NCBI RefSeq assembly: GCF_006345805.1 | Contig: NC_043004.1 | Location: 56,234,001 to 56,298,000 of the forward strand | From: Octopus sinensis | Lineage: Eukaryota | DNA length: 64,000 nucleotides | Direction: 5' to 3' | Part shown: in pieces, positions 15,476-29,469 of the stretch | Position numbering within the stretch: position 1 is the stretch's first letter | Layout of the letters: each line of letters starts with the position of its first letter | Notes under the pieces: generated by a model | Database searches by the model: none | Told to the model about the DNA's origin: nothing | Seen by the model: the letters and a program-made list of their open reading frames with translations, nothing else | Position numbers and translations under genes: made by a program

Positions 15476-15601
15476 AGGTGGGTGGTCGGTAAAATGCAGT
15501 CGCCATTTTCCCTGCATGGCTTAAGTGATTAAAAGAGGCGGCAGCAAGGGACTGGAATCCAGTCCTCGTAATTTCATATTCCTACAAAGACAAGAAATGT
15601 T

Positions 15602-15688
<87 letters not shown>

Positions 15689-15689
<1 letters not shown>

Positions 15690-16095
15690 GGCGCAGGAGT
15701 GGCTGTGTGGTAAGTAGCTTGCTAACCAACCACATCGTTCCGGGTTCAGTCCCACTGCGTGGCATCTTGGGAAAGTGTCTTCTGCTATAGCCCCGGGCCG
15801 ACCAATGCCTTGTGAGTGGATTTGGTAGACGGAAACTGAAAGAAGCCTGTCGTATATATGTATATATATGTATGTGTATGTGTTTGTGTGTCTGTGTTTG
15901 TTCCCCTAGCATTGCTTGACAACCGATGCTGGTGTGTTTACGTCCCTGTAACTTAGCGGTTCGGCAAAAAGAGACCGATAGAATAAGTACTGGGCTTACA
16001 AAAGAACAAGTCCCGGGGTCGAGTTGCTCGACTAAAGGCGGTGCTCCAGCATGGCCGCAGTCAAATGACTGAAACAAGTAAAAGAGTAAAAGAGT
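15689..16095 (+). mobile_element. SINE family A
   Basis: Full-length plus-strand copy between (TA)n tracts. Confidence 0.9.
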
Positions 16096-16113
16096 ATATA
16101 TATATATATATAT

Positions 16114-16403
16114 ATTTACGTCTTAACATACGCAGGCTGCAATAGGCAGTATATAGGCCATACAAAAATAGCTTACGTAACAGGATGGCAGTGCATAAAT
16201 CACAAATTAGAAACCCTGAATACCGGAAAATACCGTTCAGCGGACACATAGATAGATGTGCTGCAAATGTAAATCCGAAATTTACAACTTACCCACTTTA
16301 TAAATTCAGTGACAGCGTAACCTTCACGCAACGCCAAAATAAAGAACTTTATTTCATCAAAAAATTTAGACCAAGTTTGAACACCCTGGGCCAGGAATAT
16401 TAA
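16114..16403 (+). pseudogene. GIY-YIG endonuclease 3' fragment of a Penelope-like element
   Basis: IYVLTYAGCNRQYIGHTK (16114-16167), then after a 1-nt frameshift in an A-run NSLRNRMAVHKSQIR...SGHIDRCA...RQNKELYFIKKFRPSLN*. The GIY..YIG, R..H and E...LN motifs fit PLE GIY-YIG. It is 5'-truncated at (TA)n. Confidence 0.8.
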
Positions 16404-16643
16404 AACAAAACATTGGTCCTCCAAAAAAGAAAGACGAAATTCTACCACAACCACTACGACTGCCCCAACTCGCACTACTACTACAACCACCGTGGTCACT
16501 GTTGCTACGGCCACAGTGAGAGAATTATAATAATGGAGGTGGGGCGTATTACAATTTCTCAGATCCTTAAACAGTCACTCACGCTGACAGTGATATGTCT
16601 TAGGGAAGGAAAAATTTATAAAAAGATTTCTTTCTCTGCGAGC

Positions 16644-16945
16644 AGATCTAATTCTGATTCGTCAAAAAATTGATGACGTGTTATCTCAGTGGTCAAGCTA
16701 TTGTCACCCTGCTTGGTCGGTTTCCTCACACGATACGGCTATGGGTCAGACCCGATTCTGATTCGTCAAAACATTGATGATGTTTTTCTTCCGTGGTCAA
16801 ACTACTCGTTCTGCTGGGCTAGCCACCTAACAGGATACAGTCATGGGTCAGATCTAGTTTCGATTCGTCAAAAAATTGATGACGATTTTCTTCCGTGGCC
16901 AAACTTGTCGTTCCGCTTGGTTGGTTTCCGAACAGGATACAGTTA
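16644..16945 (+). repeat. Three diverged tandem copies of a ~103-bp unit
   Basis: GATTCGTCAAAA..TTGATGA...CGTGGTCAAAC...GGATACAG recurs, with GATTCGTCA at 16656, 16760 and 16862. Confidence 0.8.
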
Positions 16946-17164
16946 GGAGTCTTTTCACTATATACGTTGAGGCTGGGTTTTGATTGGTTTGGAACTATAT
17001 GACGTCAGTGAACAGTGCAAGTGACCACAGCTTAGCTGATATAAATCCAACAATCACAAAATTTACCAATATTATGCCAGTAGACACCGACCAAAAATCA
17101 TTACTGTTGCTCCCATTGGAACACAAGGTAAAATCTATAATGAACTCCTCGCCTTTTCAAGAAC

Positions 17165-17362
17165 ATGAATTTTTTATATTTGACTCTATTGAATGTATGT
17201 CACAATTATGAACTATTACATCATACTCTTTAAACATATAGCATGGACTCTCTTTATTATATATGATTTTTTTAATATTTGACTCTATTGAATGTATGTC
17301 ACAATTATGAACTATTACATCATACTCTTTAAACATATAGCATGGACTCTCTCTATTATATA
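17165..17362 (+). repeat. 99-bp tandem duplication
   Basis: TGACTCTATTGAATGTATGTCAC...GCATGGACTCTCT starts at 17181 and at 17280. Confidence 0.9.
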
Positions 17363-17497
17363 TAAAAAAAAAATTTTTGATAAGGTTCGTTATTTCAAGA
17401 ACCGAAACATGTTAAATTAAAATTTGTTTAATATAGCGGCATTTTCAAACTTCATTTTTTACAAATATATACCCACTCGCATACGAGCTAATCTTAT

Positions 17498-17608
<111 letters not shown>

Positions 17609-18763
17609 TATTTCAAATGGTCAGATTAATTCTGCTATATATGTATACTCAAAACTAGCTCCAACTGAAACATGTCTACTTTTCGCTCCCCGATTTGGCC
17701 TATATATAATTTTTTAATGAAAATGACAACATTTCATGACATTCGTCCTAAAACAAGACATCACCTATAGCACGCTTAACTATTATATTGAAGCCGAACG
17801 AAATTTTTTCTTCTCTACAACTTACTTCATGCACTCCAGATCTTAAGGTATTTCCCCATACATACTCAAATGAGGTTTAGTTCTTATGTTATTGAGTCAA
17901 TTGAATGCACGAACATTTAAATATTAGAGAAACGCGCAATATCTTACTCGTCGTCTCTTACATAATGCAAAAGGATTTTCACTAGATTTTTAATCGTAAC
18001 GACACCTCTCTGTATGCCGTATATCTATTGACCATTATGCAATACAGCAATACTAGCTTTTTAGCAATCATCCAACGGCAAATAGTACATATGCCAGTCC
18101 ATCTTCCCAGTAAATTTTCCTTCTAGGAAATTCAGAATAGCAATCGGCTTAAACAAGTAGCAATTACTGAGTATATTTTAACTTCTATGCAGTTCGACAA
18201 TTCTCCGTCATGAATCAAATGTTAACCCATCTCATTTTCGCATCTCAACATATTAATGGTGCGTCTTAACGTAGTGAGCTAGCAGAGTCATGAGAGCGTC
18301 GAATACAATGCTTTACGGTGTTTGTCTCTGCTCTGTATATTCTGAATTCATAACTCACTGAAGTGAACTTTGATATGTTTTCTCGCAGTTTCAATAAAAC
18401 AAAATCCCAGTCAAATACCGATGCAAATAGTCTCCACTAAGTCCTTCCTTTCCAATATATTGTCTTCGTGCCTAAATGAGAAATAATTAATAGTGCGTTG
18501 TACTGAGAATGTACAGTTTTTTTGTAAAATGTCCACCAATATAATGACGTAAATTTTAGTAGTTTAATTAAAGCCGCCATTAAATTGTATTATGTGACTT
18601 AAAATTTTCCCGTAAAAAATACAGCCTTTAAAACCGGAAAAAAATATTTTTATTAATTTATACTTTGAATAGTATTGATTGGAATCAAGTTTAATAACTA
18701 CTGTGGACCTGACTATATATAATATTTATAGATAGATAGATAGATACATACATACATACATAC

Positions 18764-18806
<43 letters not shown>

Positions 18807-18885
18807 ATATTGCTTATGGCCACTTTAATGTGGCTGTTCTTCAAGAGACAGTGTATATGTGTATACAATATTTACACACACAAGA

Positions 18886-18943
<58 letters not shown>

Positions 18944-19458
18944 ACATATATATATATGATTCTTTATTAGCGCTTTCGTCCGTTCAATCAATGTCTTGCG
19001 ATTAGATGCACAGAAAATGTCTTCACTCTTCTATACAAATCAAAAAGATGTCATTTTGTTTAGAAGAGGAGAAAGAGAAAAGGGGAAGGAAAGGAAGAGA
19101 GGTAGAGAGAGAGGGATGCAGAGAGACAGGAAAGAGAAACGTAAATAGAAGGCATGCATTTAAGGATAGTCTTTGAAGACTTGGCCAGGGTACATATTTT
19201 TAAAATACATAATTTTAAAGACCATCCCAAGATGCATGGCTTCTTCTAATTTCCTTTCTCTTTCTTGGGTCTCAGTCTTTCTCTCCCCCTCTCCTCCCTT
19301 CCTTCCACTTTACTCTTCCTCATTTTCTAAACAAAACAACAACCTCTTTGCGATTTGTATAGAAAACCGGAAGATATTTTCTGTACATCTGGAGAGTCCG
19401 TTTGAACGGACGAAAGAGCTAATAAAGAATAATATAAAATCCAAACTGCCTTCTTCGT

Positions 19459-19492
<34 letters not shown>

Positions 19493-19623
19493 TATATATG
19501 TCCGAAGCCACAAAGTAACTGAAGGGTGGAGAATATCATGTGTTACCAGTTATCAAACTAGTTGCAAATCAACAGGTTATAAATTTATATAACGGTTCTA
19601 AGGGCGTTTCTGTGGACAGTTCC

Positions 19624-19670
19624 AGAACTAGTCTGATGAGTTCTAACTCACGAAACTCTTGTCTCTTAAA
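19624..19670 (+). ncRNA. Degenerate minimal hammerhead-like motif (probable PLE 3' end remnant)
   Basis: CTGATGA (19633-39), G-C/T-A stem II, GAAA (19652-55), C-TCTT-G, TC. Stem I pairing is poor. Confidence 0.4.
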
Positions 19671-19954
19671 TTATTCTGTTGCTTCTGCTAAATGTTAATA
19701 AATATTCATACATACTCATATTTTTAGTTCTATTTTCCCTGTTTGCCTCGCCAATATATACATATATAAGCACTTGAAGATGTGAAATATCAGGGGCAAA
19801 AATACGGACGTGTACATCATTTGTAACATGTGTATATAAACACAAACACACTGTGGGCTTAACTCCAGAGAACCGAGATAGTGTCTATCATGAAGAAGCG
19901 AAAATTTTGCATTGACAGAGTTCCAAATTTGTGTTATAAATGGTATATACATCG

Positions 19955-19998
<44 letters not shown>

Positions 19999-20125
19999 GT
20001 TTATTCACACACACGTATATATTAGCACGTTTAGACATATGTGCTTGTATTTTAATGCAACTTGGTAATAATGTACGTATATGTCAAAATTGCATCACTT
20101 CTGTAATATTTATAATAAATAATAT

Positions 20126-22123
20126 CACTGGCCAACAGAATTCGAACTTTTTGCTGTCCCATAAACTACAGAAACTTTGTAGCACTCTTAACGCAGATTT
20201 CTAATACGTTTTTAGAATTTTTCTCTCAGGCATGGTTGTTATGTGACAGAGTTATTAAATTATACAATAGATGCACCATGTTAATGCAGAAATAACGCTG
20301 ACAATTATAATTGGTCAACAGAATTAATTCTGTCCCCCAAATTTTCTGACCCCCGACCAAAAGCAAGTGAATTTAACAGCACTTTATCTACAGAATTCAA
20401 GTGTGCTTTCAGATTTTTTCTATAAGTCATAGTTTTTCTGTGATAGCATATGTAAATTGTTAAATAATTGCATTTAATGAATTCAAAAATCAGGTTGATA
20501 TTACAAGGAAACTTATTTTTAAATCGTAGAGCATATGGTTTTCGACTGTATTTATCATCAGGAACGTTCCTTTTTGTGACCAACAACAATCAGCCAACAT
20601 AGAAGAGCTACCCTTTCCTTGATTCCGAGTCTCTATGTTTAGAATGCTTTGGTGAACACTTTCGCCGTGCTCGTCACTGGCAGCCCCAAGAATTGCAGGG
20701 AAAATGTCCAACCGAGGATTCAACAAGTGGATGTTTAGACTCATATTGCATCGCAAGGCCTTGTGTGATGTCTATAGCTCTTTCTTAATGTAAGAACAGA
20801 TCTCTGCTCTGTGATACCCTCAAAACTCTCTGAAAACTTACTTAAATGACCATCACGCAACTTTTTCAACATCATTTGAGCTCTTCGTCAAACTTATGGT
20901 CTCTCGTGAGCTCGGTGGCCTAACAAAACTACATTCCTTGATTTTTGCGTTAGTTACTCTTGGAAATTTAGTTTTCAAATGCGTGAATCCCTTGCCAGTC
21001 CTATTCATGTCTTTGACGAAATTCTTCATCAACCGTAGCTTGATATGCAGAGGTGACAGATAAATTTTCTGAGAATCAACAAGAGGAGGATTGATGACAT
21101 TCTTCTTTCCAGGGGTCAGAGTTCGTTTCACCCACATATTCTTTTCATAATGATTTTTTTTCTTATGCCGACGCTCCTACTCAGAGAGGAAGCAACAAAA
21201 CTTGTAACCCGGCTGCATTCCAAGTAAAAGTGCCACAACGTTTAGGTCACCATATATATTCCACTTATATTCCTCGTACTTAATTTTTTGCAACAAAAGA
21301 TTCATACTCTCATATGTTTCCTTCATGTTAACTACAAGGGGCCAGAGGAACAGAAGGAAATTCATTTCCATTGTGGAGTAAAATTGCTTTCAAGCTTACT
21401 TTTGAGGAGTCAATAAACAGACGTCACTCATTCGTTTTATATTTGTTGCTAAGTTCTTCCATAACAGAATATGCATCATTACAAAACACCAGACATTCCT
21501 CAAGAGAGAAAAATATTTGCAAAGTCACAATGTGAGCACTATAAAAACTAACTTTGGTCTCTTTCTGGAGAACATTCCAGGCCTTTAGCCTGGAACTAAG
21601 AAGTTCAGCTTGCTTTTTCGACAAGTGTAAATCCAGCTCAAGATCATTCAGATCTCCCTGACTCAACAAACGTGGTTCAATTGAAGAACAGTTAGGCTCA
21701 AACACCAAGTCTTTTTCTTTCTCGACATCTTCATCACTTGACTCGTTGTCACTATGATTTATGTTGGAGGCTCAGGTACAAGTAAGTACACTTCAAGTAC
21801 ACTACTGACAAAGCTTCGGTGACTCATTGACTCAGTGTTGCCAAGCTTCGGTAATTCCTTGACTTCGATAGCTAGATTTATGATATCATTAGGTTAATTC
21901 TATTCATAAACATTTAAATTAGGAGTATTTCTTAAACTGTTAGCTTCACATTTCAATAGCCTAACTGAAACTTAACCCATGTAACAGGAACTGAGAGGGA
22001 TATCGCGGAACAGAGAAACTGTGGGTGATACAGATAGTTTGACATTCATTTTGAATCCTGCATGCAAAAGCATATAAGATATAGGTATTGCTTTTCTTGG
22101 GATCAATTATTTGTTGACCAGTG
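20126..22123 (-). mobile_element. Decayed Chapaev3-like (CMC) DNA transposon
   Basis: TIRs CACTGGCCAACA / TGTTGACCAGTG with 3-bp TSD TAT. Minus-strand fragments read DLNDLELDLHLSKKQAELLSSRLK, WNIYGDLNVVALLLGMQPGY and PLHIKLRLMKNFVK...KFP..NAKIKE. The family name rests on recalled motifs. Confidence 0.75.
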
Positions 22124-22498
22124 TATTTATTTGAGTCCGTTATACAACTGATTGTTTTCTCTTTGTCCTAGTAACTTTTCTAATTTTTCATTCTAGTAAC
22201 ATTTCTATTTTTTTAAAAAAGTCTGTGTAAGATTTTCAGCTGCAACGGTTACATGTAGCATTGGTATTACATGTATTTATTTATTTCGTCTTTTTTCTTT
22301 TTTTATTCTACAGTATCATCTTTCTTCACCATGTTTTGTCAATGAAAATGTAACTGGAGTTTCTCAACCACTGAATAATTTGTTTGTTATTTACTGATTT
22401 TATGACTTGTTTCTTTTTCTGTAGTTGACATACCATCATGATCAGGTGACAAGTCGTATTAAAATCAAACTGTGTTCCAAATGGGATTATTATTATTA

Positions 22499-22563
<65 letters not shown>

Positions 22564-23297
22564 ATTATTATTATTATTATTATCATCCTCATCATCATCA
22601 TCATCATTATTGTTGTTGTTGTTGTTGTTGTTGGTGTAGTTGTTGTTGGTGTTGTTGTTGTTACTGTTGTTACTGTTACGGTTAGAACAGATATAAAGAT
22701 AATGTAAAACAATAAAATAAATAAGTAATTGACTCGAAAAACAACAACTGCTTATTTTAACGATTTTGCTTCGAGTTTCAGCTGTCGAAGAATTCTCTAG
22801 TATTGCTTAATACTATTTTCCTTTCCGACGATATTATCATACGCTGATATCACGATGCCACAATGCCAATGATGTTGAAGATAACTGTGTCTGACTTATG
22901 GAGGGCATCCATCGAACCATGTTGGCTGTGATAGCGTATGGTATGGACAGGTCAGGGGGCAAAGATTTTAAAGGAAGATTTATAATGATCTATAACTCCC
23001 CCATTTTCGCCATTGATTTTATCCAAGGAGAAGACTGCGGGATATTCACATTGGCTCCATTGCTGCCAGTCCATTAGTGCTGAAGGTGTCCGTTTCGGTA
23101 ACATCTATGCAACCCCCTAACGATTTGACCAATAATCTCTGAGGGAATTTGGTAGACAGAAAATGCAAAGACACCCGTCAAATATATATTCTTACCACAT
23201 TCTTAATTGAATCTTCCATGAGTTAATATGTACCTCCTTGACACAATGTAGACTTTTATTTAATCAAGACATCCTTGGCTTGAAGAATAGCCTACAG

Positions 23298-23516
23298 CAG
23301 TGGTTTTCAACCAGGGTTCCGCGGGACCTTAGGATTCCGCCAGTGCAGTCCAGGGGTTCCGCAAGAAGTTACAAAACTGCTAAAATCGGCAGTAATTTTT
23401 AATTCTCCCGTGCAGATATGTGTGCATAAGACTATTAAATTATTGCACAGGGGTTCCTTGAGCCAGTGGAATGTTACCTTGGGGTTCCGCTCAAGCAAAA
23501 AGTTTGAAAAGCACTG
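23298..23516. mobile_element. hAT-type MITE (219 bp)
   Basis: TIRs CAGTGGTTTTCAA / TTGAAAAGCACTG with a perfect 8-bp TSD GCCTACAG (23290-23297 and 23517-23524). Confidence 0.9.
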
Positions 23517-23720
23517 GCCTACAGTATACATTACGCTTGGATATTTACCTCTTCTGAGCTTCCGCTTACTATGAAACACATGTTTCAGTTTATCGTAGTT
23601 CCATTCGAAAACAAATCGACAGCCTTCCGTTTCAATAAACCACTATTTTCCGTGAAAGCTATATTCACTACGGATTGCTTGAAGCTGACTTACTGCCTCC
23701 ACTAGGATCCTTGAATCTTG

Positions 23721-23759
<39 letters not shown>

Positions 23760-23938
23760 TAAAAAATAAGCAACAAGAATGGATCAGTAGTTTAGTACAA
23801 TTATTTCATACTATAAACATTTTATTAAAGCAGCAAACATTACAGCAAATACAATGTCAAGTAATCTTCAGCTAAATTTCATATAGGTTTTCCAAACATC
23901 TTAGAGAGTGTAAATATACTTATAAAGTTATAGATGTG

Positions 23939-24007
<69 letters not shown>

Positions 24008-24337
24008 GTATAGTATGTGTGTGTATGTATGTGAGTGTTTATACATATTTATGTCTACGAATATATGTGTGCGCGTCCTGTTGTGTTTGTCTCTTATAGA
24101 CAACCAGTGCTAATTAGTTTGCATTTCCGTCCATTAATATTCGGAAAAAGAAAGTCTCTGAATAAATACAAGATTCAAAATTAAGCACCGAGATGGATTT
24201 GATCTACTAAACCCTTGAAGATCGTGTCCTTGTATAGCTGATGTTAATATTTAAAACAAGTAAAAGAGTTACAATTTCTCGAATAAATTAGCGATTAGAA
24301 GAAAACATAAGTTGAATGTTTAATATTGACCAAACCT

Positions 24338-25358
24338 AAGGCGGCAAGCTGTCAGAGTCGTTAGCACGTCAGGTAAAATGCTTAGCAGCATATAAAGATG
24401 TTCAAATTCCGGCAGGGTCAACTTTGTCCATCATCAGTCCGGTGTGAATAAAATAAGAACCTATTGAATACAGGAGTTGATGTATCAACATATCCTCTTC
24501 CCTGAAATTACTGGTGTTGTGCCAAAATTTGATATTAATATGCTTTTCTACTCTAGGCACAAGGTGCGAAATTTAGGGATTAGTCGATGAGATCGATCCC
24601 AGTACGCAACTGGTACTTAGTTTGTCAACCCCGAAGTTTAATATTTATTTCTTTATTGCACACAGGGAGAGGGTTAAACATAGAAGGGACAAATAAGACA
24701 AAGGGATGAAGTCGATTATATCGACCCCAGTGTGTAACTGGTACTTATTTAATCGACCCCGAAAGGATGAAAAGCAAAGTCGACCACGGCAGAATTTGAA
24801 CTCAGAACGTAACGACAGTCGAAATACGGCTACGCATTTCGCCCGGCGTGCTAACGTTTCTGCTAGCTCACCGCCTTAAATATCGATTTCTTTACTACCC
24901 TCAAGGGGTTAAAAACAGAGGGGACAAACAAGGACAGGCAAACGGATTAAGTCGATTACATCGACCCCTGTGCCTAACTAGTACTTAATTTATCGACCCC
25001 GAAAGGATGAAAGGCAATGTAGACCTCGGCGGAATTTGAACTCAGAACGTAACGGCAGACGAAATACCGCTAAGCATTTCGCCCGGTGTGCTAACGAATG
25101 TGCCAGCTCGCTGCCTGAATTTGAAATTAATATTAATTAAGCCTAAGGTGGCGAGCTGGCAGAATCCTTACTGCGCAGGACAACATGCTAAGCTGCGGTT
25201 TATCCGAATTTACGCTCCGAGTTCAAATTCCCGCAAGTTCGACTTGGACTTTCATTTTTCGGAGTCGATAAAATAAATACCAGCTGAACACTGGGGTCGA
25301 TGTACTCGACGTATCTCCTCCTCTAAAATGGTTGACATTGTTCCAACAATTTGAAACC
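24338..25358. mobile_element. Cluster of five family-B-related SINE copies or fragments
   Basis: Approximate copies: 24338-24533 (+, diverged), 24544-24630 (-, partial), 24640-24878 (-), 24882-25116 (-), 25144-25358 (+, diverged). Confidence 0.8.
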
Positions 25359-26813
25359 TATATTTATCAAATTTAGTGAAATCAAAGGTAAACGGGGCAA
25401 GAACATCAAAGTATTGATTAATTTAAATTAGTTTGCATTTAGGATTAATATTTGACATTTTGCTCCCTTTTTTCTCGTTTTTATTTCAACACTAATATTG
25501 TATTGATGAAAATTATATTGTACATTATATTTAAAAATTTCAGCTTCGCTTCAAATGTGTTTCTTTTGGATGCTATCTCAATGGGATTTTATCCATCTCT
25601 TAAATTAGAACTCAGTTCGGTTTTGCATTGATGCTATTTAATGCAATTTCTAGTGTTAATATTTTTTCTGTGTATGAGGACAGCATACATAACGAAACAA
25701 GTTTGAAGTGCAAATATTTCAGATTTTTCATTGAAACTTTTTATATCACCTACTCCCTTTCCAGGTAAGTCAGACATACATCTGGATGCATTTTCGTACT
25801 TAATGGTGTATCTAGCCATCGCTAAATAATATTAGGACTGACCTACATTATAACCGATAATTACTGATAAATGGGAATATTGGCTAATACCCATGTATCA
25901 GGTTTTCAAGATAAATGCGATGATGAATGATTGCTAGTGACATTTCTTATATGAAGACAAGAAGATATTTGATGTATGATTTTTCAAGGAGACCTTTGGC
26001 GTATAGAGTATCTCTTTGAATTGTATATGAGATACGGTAATTCTTGAAGACGTCCGTCAAAGGAGAAGATCGATATTCTGTGAAAGAGCGGAAATATTAA
26101 GTTAGGTGTATCTTTAAAATTTTGCTTATTAAATAGAGTTGGTGTATGCCTTTAGACCTAAGCCAACACGAGGAAAAACTGCGGATACTTTTATAGATAT
26201 GAATGATATAAATTATTTTATTTTTTATGAATGGCAATGATATCAGAACTTTGACACTACGTTAATATAAGGAGGCCAGATATTTTAATGGAACCTGAAC
26301 GAATAATATGAAAAATGTCAATAAAAGTAGTTGCTCTTACTTCCTCCTGGCAAAACTTTAGATTAAACTTTTTAGCATCTTCAATGATGTTAAAAATAGT
26401 TGTGGTAAAAATAGAAGCTATCTATCAATATGATAGTTTTTTTTTTTACTAAAATGATCAGTGAATTGAAATGGAAGTGGGTGGATGTTTTTAATCGATC
26501 GATTTTCTTTATCATTTTTCTTTAATTTTCCTCTTTTTGATTTTTCCTTAGCCTAAGCTTATAAAAGGAAAATTGATATCAGCCAAGAATACTCACTTAG
26601 AAAACTTTAAATTTTAATTAAGTTTTAAAGATGGTAGCTGCTGCTGCCTTTTCATTGACATTCAAACTTCGTAACGAAGTAAAACGTACACGTATTTTGC
26701 TATATGTAGACGAACAACATATGTGTCTATAAACATCGGTACATGCTTACATAGAATATTCATACATACGCATAATCTGCATATATGCATAATATACTCA
26801 TACGCAATATATA

Positions 26814-27216
26814 TACTCTTTTACTTGTTTCAGTCATTTGACTGCGGCCATGCTGGAGCACCGCCTTTTAGTCGAGCAAATCGACCCCGGGACTCATTCT
26901 TTGTAAGCCCAGTACTTATTCTATCGGTCTCTTTTGCCGAACCGCTAAGTGACGGGGACGTAAACACACCAGCATCGGTTGTCAAGCAATGCTAGCGTGA
27001 CAAACACAGACACACAAACACATACACACAAATATATATATATACATATATACGACAGGCTTCTTTCAGTTTCCGTCTACCAAATCCACTTACAAGGCAT
27101 TGGTCGGCCCGGGGCTATAGCAGAAGACACTTGCCCAAGATGCCACGCAGTGGGACTGAACCCAGAACCATGTGTTTGGTTAGCAAGCTACTTACCTCAC
27201 AGTCACTCTTGCGCCT
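26814..27216 (-). mobile_element. SINE family A
   Basis: Full-length copy. Confidence 0.9.
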
Positions 27217-27298
27217 AAATTATGAAAATCCGTGTTGGTTTGTCATCAGAAGGTCCACATCATTCTGACATTCTCATATATATGTATATAGTGTAAAT

Positions 27299-27354
<56 letters not shown>

Positions 27355-27954
27355 GCAAGAGTGTAAATAGCATATATAAATGATATTATATATGTATATA
27401 TAGTTTGATAGACGTATAATTATGTATGTATGCAGGTAAGCAGCTATATAGACATCTTATATATTCTGTCTAAGTTTTAAAATGCGCAGCAAACGGGCAG
27501 CTTGTGTATATATGGAAATAGTGTCTTTATTCAGATATTAATTATGAAAATCGATTACTCGTCTTATGACAATAACAATCACTTTCATAAAATTTTCGTT
27601 CCTATGAAATTCATAATAATTGAAATATATTCCAACTGTCCGAAAAGTCAGAATATCGAAAGCGTGATATAAGGAAAATCGCATTTACGAACTCCATAAT
27701 ATTAAACGAATTTTGAAATGTTTTAAGGGTGATGATCTATTTTGCATTAGGCAATTGAAAATGTCTTCCCTGGGTCACTGATTGCCGATCGACAGGTATT
27801 TATTACCTAGCCGATATGAACGGGAAGACTATCATCAACAGCAGTAGTTGTAGTAGTAGTAACAACAACAACAACAACGAAAACAACAAAAGCAATAATA
27901 ATAATAAGCTTTTATTAGGAATGAAAAAGAAAGAAATTCTTTAATACAATCTAT

Positions 27955-29205
27955 AAGCCTCCTCAGCAAAGATATAGGCATGGAATTTGGCATAGCTAGG
28001 TGAGCAATATTAATCATGAGAAGAGGGCAGGTAGTCAACAACGAAGGCATCCAATTACCAGATGGCCAAACATCAATATTATTGAGAGGAGGGGAGAGTT
28101 ATGAGTATCTAGGAGTATTAGAATCTGACAGAGTACCGACTACAGAAATGAAAGCAGAAATTGAGAAGGTGTACGTGAGAAGGGTGATGAACCTAATGAA
28201 GTTATGGTTCGAATCTAGTGAAGGATGTAAATACTTGGGCAGTATCATTACTTAGATACTCAGAATATTTTGTAGATTAGACAAAAAAAAAAATGAATTA
28301 GCAAAGCTAGACAGAACAAGGAAGGAATTCCTTATGAATGGAGGATTCATCTAAGAGCAGGAGTAGCAAGATTTTACCTTCTTAGAAAGGAAGGTAGAAG
28401 AGGGTTAATATCAGCAGAAGACTGCGTGGAATTAGCTAGAGTAGATATAGACCCCCATGTAGGTAATAGGGAAGAAATTTTATCAAAAGCTGCTAGATGA
28501 ACGGCAAGACGTGGGGAAACCAAAAATCCAAACGAAGTTATAAAACCAGAAAAAAGAATATAAATTTTCTGACCTGCAAGAAAAGGCGTTGCATTGTAGA
28601 TTTCCAAATATAGCTGCATCCAGTAGTTGTCGTGCGACATGATTATGGTTACAGAAAGGAAAGCTAAAGAGGGAGACAGAAAGTTTGTTAGTAGACGCAC
28701 AAGATCAAGCATAAAGAACTGATTGGATAAAAGCTAAGATAGACAAAAACCAGGTAGATTCTCAATGTAGATTATGCAAATCAAAAGAAGAAAGCGTTAA
28801 TCATATAGTAAGTGAATGTAGCATGCTGGCACAGAAATATTACAAAAAAGACATGACAATTTAGTGAGAACAACCCACTGGGAGCTATGTAGAAATCTAG
28901 GATTTGAGCATACTGATAACCGGTATGAACATGAACCTAGGAAAGTACTAGAAAGTAAGAAATACAAGATGTTGTCGGACATTAACATTCAGACTGACAG
29001 AGTAATAGAAGCAAGAAGGTCTCATTTGGTAGTAGAAGATAAAGAAAATGGAAAATGCCAGATAATTGACTTTACAGTCGCAAATGATGAAAGAATTAAT
29101 ATGAGAGGTATAGAAAAAATATCAAGACCTCGCTACTGAATTACAGAGACTATGGAAAATGCGGGTAAAATGTATCCTAGTAGTTATAGGTTTTTTGAGT
29201 GTCTC
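27955..29205 (+). mobile_element. Decayed R4/Dong-like LINE fragment (RT C-terminus, CCHC finger, REL)
   Basis: Fragments SKDIGMEFGIA, ESYEYLGVLE, CRLCKSKEESVNHIVSEC and DINIQTDRVIEARRSHLVV, with many stops and frameshifts. It follows an (ACA/AAT)n tract. Confidence 0.75.
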
Positions 29206-29368
29206 CTCTTTTCCAAATGGGTATGAGCTCAAATTTTTCTTCGTTCAAATGCATATTTTTTGTGCCCGTTGGGCTACTCTGCATAGGTCCGATTGAAGCA
29301 TCGGTCGATCATATGATCCCCTAATGACTTTCTGGAGCTTAGAGTCATCTTCATATATATATATATAT

Positions 29369-29469
<101 letters not shown>

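Noticed and set aside
20528-20561. Minus-strand CTGATGA...GAAA spacing resembling an HHR
   Set aside because: It lacks stems I-III and lies inside the transposase remnant.
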